This document shows, in pieces, positions 29,101-41,100 of a DNA stretch of 64,000 nucleotides. Each line of letters begins with the position of its first letter. Within the stretch, counting starts at the first letter, position 1. This stretch comes from Podarcis liolepis (taxonomy: Eukaryota): NCBI GenBank assembly GCA_965112155.1, contig OZ218103.1. One strand, given 5' to 3'. Both the position numbers and the translations under genes were made by a program. The notes beneath the pieces were generated by a model. It ran no database searches. It worked only from the letters and a program-made list of their open reading frames with translations, and had not been told where the DNA came from.

Positions 29101-32100
29101 AAAAGGGAAGGATAGTTATATCATGCATTAGTCAAGTCTTTCATTATTTATTCAGGTTGACTAAGTGAAACTACATACGAGCATTTTCAGTACTGCCTCT
29201 TTAACCTACTAAAATGATTGATCCATGTTCACTTATGTAACTTTAGAATCTTTCTCCTGCTAGGTTTTCCTGTTGTCTGTTTCTCTCTATCCAATGTAGT
29301 GCACTTCTTATTCTCCCTGTGTTTAACATCTTGTGAACTAATTTAATCTTCGCCTAATAGTCAATTTGTGTTAATCTTCTTCTTTTTTCCCTTGCACTTT
29401 TTTTTTTCATTTTTCTTCCGATGCTTGAAATAGAAGTGGAGCAAAAAGGTAAATAACGTATATAGTCCCAAACCCCCACCCCCAGCTCCTTGTTATGTGC
29501 CTTATGGATGTTAACCTCCTCCACCCCTTCCCTTCCCCACAACACTCTGGTAACTATGGTGGTCAGCAGGATCTCATAAGCGCCCCTCATAAAGAAGTTG
29601 ACTTTGCAGTAAACTGGCTGGGCTGCTGAACTGACTCGGCTACTTAAAGCAGGTGGCGGGATTTAGTGTCTGGTGTACCTGCTCCGGGACAGACGCTCCC
29701 TTTTGCTTTCTTCCTCCCTTTCTTTCTCTTTCCCTGTCTTTCTCTCACCCTTGACTAAATCTTGTTAATGAACCCTCATCTTGCTTGGCTTCCAGAACCC
29801 ACTCCATAGCATGCCATAATTACAGGGGTCCCTGGTCTGTTTCATCCATCGCTTTGGTTGTCCTTTATTTTTTTGTTGCTCCTAATGAAGATCTGTGTAT
29901 ATATTTTACACACACACGGGTTACACACACACAAATAAACCCCAAAACTAAAAGCGCGCATATATATATCTATATATCTATATAGATACATTCAAACTTC
30001 AGTTCCTGAACGCCTCCATTTTGGAACGTTTCGGCTCCCGAACATCCGACATGGATTCCAGTCAGCAAAAAGCCTAGCTGTCAGCCAATCAGAGGCCTTG
30101 GAATTCAAATGCTTCAGAAGTCGAATGTCCTTCCAAAATGGATTGTGTTCAACTTCCAAGGTTCCACCGTATATATAGATATAATATCAAGGCACTGTTG
30201 TTTTCAACCTCACAGTTTATTAAAGTCCCTACAAGTTTTATGAGTTTAAACCCATTGAAATGTTGTACACCAGTTGAAAGGTCTGGAGAATAAATCCTGT
30301 CTTCATCATAGATGCAAGCGTAGTTATCTGCTTCCAGATGCATAGATGCGCCATAGATGTGACCTTGGGTGATATTAGCGAAAACACTTCACATACTGGT
30401 TACTATGGTAACTTTAAGAATCATGGATGACAAAGGGTAATACATGCATTAATTACATATGAGCTACAAAGTATTGTTGCCAGTTAATTGGATCTTTTCT
30501 TCTTTATTGTCACTTGTGATTTTTTTACCTTGACTTTAATTGGTAGCATGCACATTTTATTTTATTGTTTTAAAAAATTAATCTTGTCTTGCTTCTTCTC
30601 TGCGACTGCTAGTTTTTGTTTGCCCTGGGACATTGAAAGCCGTTGTGGATTCCCCAAATTTATATGAAGCGGAACAAAAGGCAGGTGCCTGGTGCAAGGA
30701 CCCTCTTCAAGCTGCGGATAAAATATACTTCATGCCGTGGACACCATACCGTACTGATACTTTGATAGAATATGCTTCTTTAGAGGACTTCCAAAATGGA
30801 CGCCAGCAGACGACATACAAGCTTCCAAACCGAGTGGATGGTACTGGATTTGTGGTATACGATGGTGCTGTCTTTTTTAACAAGGAAAGAACTAGGAACA
30901 TTGTAAAGTTCGATTTGAGGACTAGAATTAAGAGTGGAGAGGCAATTATAAATTATGCCAACTACCACGACACTTCCCCTTACAGGTGGGGAGGGAAGAC
31001 TGACATTGATTTGGCAGTTGACGAAAATGGCTTGTGGGTCATTTACGCCACGGAACAAAACAATGGGATGATAGTTATTAGCCAACTGAATCCTTATACC
31101 TTGCGTTTCGAGGCAACGTGGGAAACTACATATGACAAACGGGCAGCATCTAACGCCTTTATGATATGCGGGGTTCTCTACGTTGTGCGGTCCGTATATC
31201 AAGACAATGAAAGTGAAACCGGCAAGAACTCAATTGATTACATTTACAACACTCGGTTATTCAGAGGAGAATATGTAGATATCCCTTTCCCCAACATGTA
31301 TCATTACATTGCTGCTGTGGATTACAATCCAAGAGACAATCAACTGTATGTGTGGAACAGCAACTTCATCCTACGATATTCTCTAGAGTTTGGTCCCCCC
31401 GACCCCGCTCAAGGTAAGCATTCTTTATTATCTCTATTTCTTTAAATACTAGGCTATTTTAATAGAGTGCTTGCTAATGAAACCAGCCGTCAGTGTATTT
31501 TGGCCATTAAAGTACCTGTTTTGTAATGAAACGAAACACAAAAATGGATTTAAAATTGTACCTGTGCCATCTTGTTCCATAGCAACACATCCAATGGTAA
31601 GTTTCAGCTCCACATTACTAGGTTCAAGACAATCTATCCATTTGGCTAGCATTGGTGTTTTTATCTGATTTTAGTCCTGAGTACAATATTTTTAAAAACT
31701 TTAAAACTATTTTGTGCCTGTGGCTGGGAAAGATGTGGTTTGGAAAACCTGATGCAGTTAGGTGCAGTAGTTCTCAGCGTGGATGCTGCAAAGGTTTGCA
31801 TTTTCCAAGTCTGCAGTTTGAGCCTGGAAAGAGGATTAGCCTCTATCTTTGTAACATGCTAAAACATCCCATAATTTCCCATTGGTGGAGCAAGTGCAAG
31901 TCAGTGTATTCAATTTGAGAATAGCTATGGCTACCTAAAAGACTGCATCGTTATGTAAGCTGCCAACGAGTAGTCATTTGGGAACTTGTATCACTGAGGA
32001 AATGTCTCCAGTATGCACAACCGCGGGTGCACATACAAATATTAAATGCAGAGGATGTAGCTTTTGAAGACTGTTTTGGCAGTGGAATTAGGAAAAGATC

Positions 32101-35100
32101 CACACACACCCCTTGTAAGCTCACTAAAAACAATTTGCATTCCCGGAATGTTATTTTGGTTGTAGTCTCCAACAAAGCTGCTTTTAGTTACCTATTTTTT
32201 CACATGTTATTACTGGATATCTCTCTTCAGCTGTTACAAACTTTTACAGTGGTACCTCAGGTTACATACGCTTCAGGTTACAGACTCTATTAACCCAGAA
32301 ATAGTGCTTCAGGTTAAGAACTTTGCTTCAGGATGAGAACAGAAATCGTGCTCCAGCGGCGTGGCAGCAGCAGGAGGCCTCATTAGCTAAAGTGGTGCTT
32401 CAGGTTAAGAACAGTTTCAGGTTAAGTATGGACCTCCGGAACAAATTAAGTACTTAACCTGAGGTACCACTGTATTACTTTCATTGCGGGAGACTGAAGG
32501 CTGACTGCATGGTAGGAATACAGAAGTATTCTATGTAGAAGTATTTTATAGGAATGCAGAAGTACTGTATGTGATAATACTATATGGTCTCTATGTGGTT
32601 GTAATGTAGAAGCACTAAATGTGCTATGTTGCCACATAATAAACATGTCACAGGACCATATAATCATACAGTAAGAATGCAGACATGCTGTATAAATGCC
32701 AGAAGCTGATTCTTACTAACATTAATATGATTTAAATGCTTGTTTGAAGCATTTAACTCATATTAATGTTAGTAAGAATATACCTAATGAATTCCATTGG
32801 TGTGTAGTCCTGTAGCTGTTCTGTGGGCCATGGGATATCTCAGTTATCATCCCTCAGTTAGAGAGACAGAACTCCCAGTGCTGTAGACAGAAATCTGATG
32901 TCAGATTTCCTGCTCCCAACTAAAGGTTCTAGCACCCTGGCCCAAACATCAGATACGATAAAAAAGAGCTGGACCAAAGACATGCCAAGAGAGAACTGAG
33001 AAACAGCTGGTATCTGAAGGACCCCCAACCATTCTGGTCCCTTGATGCACTCCCAAACGAGAAAGAAATTTAGACACACTTTCTAACGGTGTCTAAATCT
33101 CTCTCATTTCTGTCCCATTGTTTCAGTGGGAAGAGGAAAGCATTAACATTTTTTTAAAAAAAAATAAAATAAAATAAATAAAACACAGGAAACGGACAGA
33201 GGAATGCAATACCATTCCTACACTCCCTGATGACTCAAATCATGCAGTGTTTGGGATATGGTGGTTGAACCTTTGGTTTTTCTCCCTCCCCACATTAGGA
33301 ATGCATCATTAGAAATTCTTATTAAAAAAAAGTTTAAGACTATGAGAACATTCTTGCATATATTTTTTTAACAGTTGGGGAAATGGCTCCATTTTTGTCA
33401 TATTTTAATAGTTAGCTTGTTGATGTGTACAGCGGTACCTCGGGTTACATACGCTTCAGGTTACAGACTCCACTAACCCAGAAATAGTGCTTCAGGTTAA
33501 GAACTTTGCTTCAGGATAAGAACAGAAATCGTGCTCCGGCGGCGCGGCAGCAGCAGGAGGCCCCATTAGCTAAAGTGGTGCTTCAGGTTAGGAACAGTTT
33601 CAGGTTAAGAACAGACCTCCGGAACAAATTAAGTACTTAACCACTGTAAATCCAGTGCCTTTGTAAAGTTAAAGGATTTTAATACTTTAATATGTGATTT
33701 TGAGATTACGGTGAGAATTTTTCTCATTCGTTTTAGATGAATTCGTTTTAAATGAATTAACTGGATTTAAAAGGTATGGATTGTGAGGATGTGAGCTTTA
33801 GAGTTCATCTCAAATTTTGCCCTTCATCTTCCATGAGCAAAACTGAACTGTCAGTCATTAAGGAAAAGAAAATCAACTAAAACACTTCTGCGATCATCAT
33901 TTATGCAGTCAGAGTTTATATAGGCTGCTTAGAGCGATGGGATATTTGAAAATGAGGGCATGAAGGTAGTCTTTCTGGGCCTTTCTGCTTTGGGGAAAGG
34001 AAGTTGCCCTAACATGAAGTGCTTAATGATGTCATGGGGTCAGTGCCTCTGCAGCAGAAGTCATGGCCTCTTCTGTTGGAATGCCTAATTTGGGGCCATT
34101 ACGGAAAACTCAGCAATCTTTGCCACTTCACTTGTGATGGGAGCAGTAATGATATGTTGACCTACTCAATGAGCCCTCTGTCTTTCATCTCTCTGCCTTG
34201 TCAGCGCCTGACTGCATCATAGCTTCCTACCCCAAAAAGGGTTCAAACACTGTAGACTGTCTCGCCTTTTGAGTGAAACAAGTCCTTTGTCACATCCATC
34301 TGACTTGCCCTGCTGAGCTTAGATGTTATTTTCATTCCCAAGGCCGAATGTCATTCTTGACCCCAAACATGTGCGTTTTCCTGAGATAGAACAAGAGGTA
34401 TTCCTTGTGTTTGCCATATTTCAGTGGCTGTGGCGTTGCCAGAACTTCCCCTCACCTTAGCCCTCTTATGGGTTCTAAAAGTTGAGATGAACCTTCATAG
34501 ATGCCAAAGTTTCCCTGCTGCAGAAATTCTACATTCCACGAGTTGAAAGGCAGCAGGAATGACAACAGGAGATGAGGCTAACACTTTGTCCCCACTAGTC
34601 TCCCTCCCGTGTTTACTGAACTCTTAAATGTCATGTCTGAAGAGGCTCCTTGATTTTTCCATTTCTGTAGTGCTGAAACTATACTATAACATGGTTTTGC
34701 AATCCCCTCCCAGCTTGCAATATCCATCACTCTTCATGCATACCTTCATGGAATATAAAATGCTGTTTCCAAACCAGTCCTTTTAGGGGCTAAGGTATTT
34801 CTGTTAGGTACGGCACAATGGCATGCTTCTGCATTGCATCATTTTGAGGATCTTATTGTCTTTGATTTTACAGCAGCTGACTGTGGGACTGGTTTGTTCT
34901 CTCTTGCATTTTGCTTCAGCTTGCTTTGTGATGACAAGGAGACAATGTGGCCACAGTCTAGCAAGGTCCTCTGTGTGTATTTACTGCGCCCACACACCAG
35001 ACACGGTTTTATTTGCTGGGTTTTCAGCACACCTTTTCAACACGTGCCAATGTGTTAGATACATGAGACGATCCAGTTGCAAACTTCATTAGCGTTCTTT

Positions 35101-38100
35101 CCCAGCTTCCCCCTTCCCCTTAAATCAACCTATATCTATATAGCTGGTGAATAAACTATCACCAGGATCGTTTGCAGTGAACTCTGGACCCACACTGAGT
35201 AAGGTTTGCTCCCTCCCCCTGAACTTACCTAGTTTTGACGAATCAAGTTTTGGGGCAGATGGAGAGGTGATGATTTTACAGGAACGAAAGTTCAATCTCC
35301 CTTGCAGCTGAAGAACTAGTTAAATAGTTCTTTGGATCTCATCCTGTACATTTCTCAAATATGACTGAAAGTTTTCCTTCTGAATTTACTGATAGCTGCT
35401 GACCTACTTGCCAACATTTTTAGATTTGAGAAAAGTATACTTGTAGTGTATTCCTATCCAAAGCTTCTCAGAGATAAGTTCCACTCAGTTCAACTAGAGC
35501 TTTTTCCCTTGAAACGTGTGTTAAGGTTTGCTTCCAAGGTCATTATCCTATCATCACCTAATTTTTTGTCTGTTTTGTTCTACTGATAATCCTGCTAAAT
35601 TTATTGCCACTGAATTATTATTTATTTATTTCATAAAATTTATGTACCACTTGATTATAGAAAAAAGCAACAACCAGTAAAGCAGTTTACAAAAAGATAA
35701 AACAATAAAATTATCACTAAAAAATGATAACCATAATTTTAAACATGCATAAAGTTAAAACCACAATAGAATAGACTAAAGCAAAATCAAGACTCACACA
35801 AACTTTTTAAACATCCGGGTAGAATTGCCTATTGATATCAGGCAGCTGCTTTCACTGAATTCTTTTTAGTTCTTGCATGATATCAATAGGCAGTGGGTTC
35901 CAGCGTATCACATTCTTATTGATATGGCATGGGTATTAAGTAGCACCTGTAAAAGTGCCAGTGGGCACATATGGGGTAAGGCAAATTCAAAAGTTACGAG
36001 AGGATTTCCAGCCTGTGTGTTCCATAATTATCCATTTAGGTGTGATCTGTCACTTCCAGGGGGGTACATAGCCAGAAAGTGCAGCCAGAACGGTGGTGGG
36101 AAGCTGAATGGGCTGATCAGCTGCAGTCTTCTTGAGACATATCTGTAAGGGCTGCTCTAGCTGTGCTTATTGTTTTCATGTGAGAAACAACGCTGTCCCT
36201 CCTTAAACAGGAATGCTGTTGCGTGAAAGTGCTCCGTGCCAACACTCTTCATACCAGAATGCAGATGGGAACTTTATAATCCAAACAAGAGTTATTCTGT
36301 CTCTCTTCTAATCTACAGCGCAGGCTGGACGCAGCTATGGCATTTGGTGTGCTAGACACCATTGCAAAACGACAGCTCCTGGCCACTTGCAGGGAAAATG
36401 ATGCTTTCTCGGAGCATCTCTACAGCAAGTGTGGGCCCATTTTCAATTTATTGAATTGTTAGATACGTTAAAATAAAGAAGTCCTGGATTCTCATCACTT
36501 TCCAAGAGCATGTCCTGCCTGCAAGCCTTTCTCCTTTTCTACAATTCCAAGTCTACTTGGGTGATTGTGGTGCCACCTTTAGGGAAAGAAGTGTGGACTT
36601 CGCCACTCCACTCCACTCAGCTTTTGAGTGGTGAATAAAAACAGTGCTGAACTGGTGCCGTTTCTCATTCTAAGCAAATACGCAGAGCTTTTAGGAAACG
36701 ATTTTACAAAAAGGGCACCCCCCCAAATTAAAAAAAAGATGCAGATCATTTTTCAGACAAAGCAGATGTGTCTCAGTATTGATTTTAATAGCCACATGGG
36801 TGGCACTGGAACAGCTGCATCTAGAGTAGTGGATGAAATTATATGCTCTTGTGATTCTAACCTCATAACTGGACCTCAGAAAGGAGCCATCGTGATCCCT
36901 TTTAGTGATGTTAAGCTGTAGGGCACAAGTGTAGCTTAAAATGAGATGGAAGCTGTCAAAAGTAAGAGGATCTGTGAGAGTATTAATTGCACTATTGTTG
37001 GTACAGATTTCTGTCGTCAGGAATGTCTTAATTAAGCACATGGTGTCACTGAATGTCTAAGATCTTAGTAATAAGGAAAAGCTTCCTAGATTCTTCTCAC
37101 AACACCCCAAGATCTGAATCAGTAGTGGCTTCTTGACACTTTTTTTTTTTGCAAGTGCTTGTGACACTTTTGACAAACGTTAATTGAGAAAGCATCAAAA
37201 GCCTGGCTGCGTTATAATCAGAATAAAATTACCGAGGTTTCACACGATGTCAGGAGAGAACTTGCAGAGAAGATAGACAGGTCTGGAAAGGTTTTTCCAG
37301 AAGCTGGGCTGAAAAAACAGCTCAGCAGAATTGTGCACAGGCAGCACTCACTCAGACTAGGGGCAAGAAAAAACCCTGTGAGGCTCAAGATGTTTTTGGT
37401 TTGAGATAGAAAATAACCAGAAAACTATGATTTGCACTCAGCTAGAAAGAGGGAACAGCTATGAACAATCATGGTAAAATACCCAGGTTTGTATTAATTA
37501 TTACTATCTAGAGAAGAGGTTCTTAGACTGCATTCCACAAGCTCTGCTCAAGATGCTCCACAGAAAGATTGTGGAACAGAGAAGAGTACTTGGCTCTGCA
37601 TTTGATTTAGGGGTTTTTCTCCTGATGATGGAAGTCAAATTTGTTTTGACCAGGGACTGCTGGATTTAATGAACAATCTAACGAGGACCTGGTTCCAGGC
37701 CCTTGATTTTCATAATATCACACTGTTTTTGATTATCATGCCAAATAAAAATATGCACCTCCTTCGATTTCATCCAGAAGTGAAATATGCAAGTTTTCTG
37801 AATTAGTGTCACCCTACTGCTTTACATACATTGAGCTGGACTTTAGACTAAGGTAGCTTGGCCTAGGTCCTATTAAAAGTGTGATAAGTTAGTCTTAAGT
37901 TATTTTCAGTGGGGTTGAAGTACAGCTACAATCCCAACTCCACTTACCCAGGAGTAAGCACCAATGCATTCACTAGAACTTAATACTGAGTGGACATAGC
38001 TAGCATTGCAGTGTTGGTGTGGATCCATCCCATAGTTCCAACTGGTCACATTTTGTCAGCTGTGCCTGCAGGGTTTTCATTGGATGAATTTGGTTGATTG

Positions 38101-41100
38101 TGTGTTGTTTTCTATTGGTTATAGTTTGACACCTGTTTGGAAGGGGAATTGATGCTGGCTTCCTTGCAGTATTTGATGTAAATAGAAATTTGTAGCTATT
38201 AAGGAATGAAAAATGAAATTGTATTCATATTTATGCAAGCCTGACCCCCCACTAGTTGCACTGCTGCATGTAAGTGGACAAATAACAGACTCCACATCCA
38301 TCCACTTTGCTCACAAAAACAGGAATATCCATTATATTAGAAAGGAAAGACAACGGTTATTAAAATGCTAGTTATGTATGTACTTTGATTTATAGGAAAA
38401 CAGCAGCAGTGGCAAAAAAAAAAAAGATTATTAAGTAGTCTGCCAAGACCCCAAGCAATTTTTAAGTGACCCAGGAAAAAAAAGTTTGAGAACCATTCTA
38501 GAATATACATAAAATATACGAAACTAATGAGTTCCACATACAACACATGCAATCATAAATTCTTACGGACATTTTAGGCTCTCATGTTGGCACCCATTGT
38601 CCTAAAAATAAAAAATAAATAAATCCACACTGAAAGATTTGTGCTTCAGTTTTCTGTGAAATATGTTTCCCTCAAAAAGTATATGGAGATGATGGGATGA
38701 TTAGAGCTTTTGCCCATTGTAGGAGTGCAGGAAGATTTATGTTAGGCTTTTATTTTGTCAGAACCCTTGTCCCTACTCTGAAAGAACTGGAAACTCCATC
38801 TCTTTTAAAAGAAAGAAACATTCTTTTCAAGTTCTTTGAAAAGACAGCCTGGTGCCTCTCTCCTTGTTTGCATTTTGTGGTTAAATTCAATTTACATTCA
38901 AGAATATATGTTTTTGATAAGTTCTAGCCTAAAGACAGAAGAGGTTTAAATCACTTTTTTAAAAAGAAAGAAAGAAAGAAAGAAAGAATAAGCCTTTAGG
39001 AAATAAGTGTCAAAGGGAAAATTTTAAACCTGAAAAGTGTCAGATTCAGTTGTTTCCAGAAGGCCTGACATGGAAAGGAGTGAATACCTGTCACAGTTTG
39101 TAAATTCCTCCAGGCAGGGACCTGTCTCTTCTTTGTTTGTAAAAGTGGCAGGCACACCTGTGGAGATGATAGAATAAAAAACCCTAAGTAATGAATTGTG
39201 TTGCTCCACTAGCCAATGTTGCTTTGAATTTCACTGTAGCCAGCGGCACTCTAATACCCCAATGAATAGGCGGGCTCGCCAACTCTACCTTTTTTTGGAA
39301 GGAGATTACCCTGCCACTTTTGAATTTTGAATGTACCCTTTGATGGTTGGCCTTTTTTGTTTTGTTTTGTTTTCCTTTTCGTTTTGTTTTCTCTCTCTAG
39401 TTTTCCTGGAAACCGTTATTTACAATTACGACAAGCTTTTCAAGAGCGGAGATGGATCAAATCAGAGGCCTGTCCCTGCAAATTATGATAAGCAAAGCTT
39501 AATTTCACATGGGGAAACCCAGGTTTCTGCCTCCCAGTCCTGCAAACTTACTTTTTTATATATATTATTCAAGGGAGAGAGCCCTTGAAGTGCCTGCTTT
39601 TCCAGCTGTTTCATATGTTTACACACATAAAGTGGACCTGTATAACCGCCATGTTGAGAGCAGCATGCACACTCAAAAATAATGGCCTAAATTCCCATGT
39701 CTACCTAGAACTTCAAGAACTGTACTGAGGGATTGTGCTTTAAGTACTTGGTGGTCCTGGTATCATGTTCTGGCTGCCTTTAGACAGTCTGGCAAAAATG
39801 CAACTTTAGGAGGCAGTTTAACAAGGATATAGCCTTCACATTCATCCTTACTGTTCATCCCCAGTGTTTGGAGAAGTGCACTCTGTACATATCTGCACGG
39901 TTCTTCCCCTAGATCAGTGTTTCCCAAACTTGCATCTCCATTGATAGACTACAACTCCCATCATCCCTAGCTAACAGGACCAGTGGTGAGAGATGATGGG
40001 AACTGTAGTCCAAAAGCAGCTGGAGACCAAAGTTTGGGGAACCCTGCCCTAGATTATAGCATCTGAAAGAAGTGGCTTCACCAACTAAGGGAGCAGTCTT
40101 AGCTGCCTCAAGAGTGGAGTTTAACTGGATTCTAACAACTCTCAGGCAGCAGCGAATATCCTCTTCTTGAGCAAGCTGTTCAAGTGAGTAGATGCCCAGG
40201 CTATCTTGGATAAAACTGATTGTCTGGATCCATTTCCATGCCCTGTTTTGGCACAAAAGCTGCCCTGGTCACACTGATGGGTAGCATTCACTTATAGATG
40301 CTGGTAATCAATCCTTCTGGATCTCTCAATAGCTTTGTGTACTATTCACCATGGTAATCTTCTAGACTGCCTGGACTACAGTGTTTTGGTGGCTCCTTCC
40401 CTAGAAGGGCCAGTTCCAGAGGGTGGTACAGAGAGGAACCATTCTTCACAGCTTTGGCATTAATACTACAGAATGCTGCTGGGTTCTGTTTTCTCCCTTT
40501 TTAAAAACACGTTCTTGAAATTGTTGAATGAAGTCATTTGGAGCTGAGTGCAATCAGAAGCTGTTTATGTCTACCTCTATCTTACTTTTACACCAGGAAT
40601 TGCTACGTTAGGGCTTGAGATCAGTAGTGGACTAGGGAAGAGCTCAGTTCTGATAAGGTGTACTTTTCAGGAAAGCGGTGTTCAACTTGTTCTGATCCAA
40701 ACTGTGCACTTCCAAAAGGGGCAGGTTTATAGTTCAGGGTATGTATGCTCATACATACAGCCCTGTCAGCTGAGACCAGGAAGTATCAACAAAGGCTGGT
40801 ACTCCCATTGTGAAATCCCTTCTTGGACAAAGACAGCTTAGCCACCACAGTTAGAAAGGTCCCGCTTCTCTCTAAGCATGACTATTTCAACAATTGTATT
40901 TGGGGCTGCAAGAAACATAGACTAAAATACAAAGTCAAGGATGCTCATTTGTACCTGTCATTGGGAACACACTGTGCCATTATTTAGAGAGTTCCACTGC
41001 TACCAGATCCTTTCCAACTCCAACAGAAAGCGTAAGCACTTACAAAACCTCTGCAGCTTGGGACTGGGATAACTGATAGAATGATTCTTTTATGTCAACC

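Noticed and set aside
31414-31530. Read-through of the OLF exon to a stop at 31445 with ATTAAA at 31506-31511 (possible secreted RBL-OLF isoform)
   Set aside because: The donor (AAG|gtaagc) is strong, short read-through is expected at any intron, and ATTAAA is common in AT-rich DNA. It would need 3'-end sequencing support.
40060-40092. ctgaaagaagtggcttcaccaactaag, resembling a Penelope-type minimal hammerhead core
   Set aside because: The CUGANGA and GAAA catalytic boxes are both broken and stems I and III are not evident.
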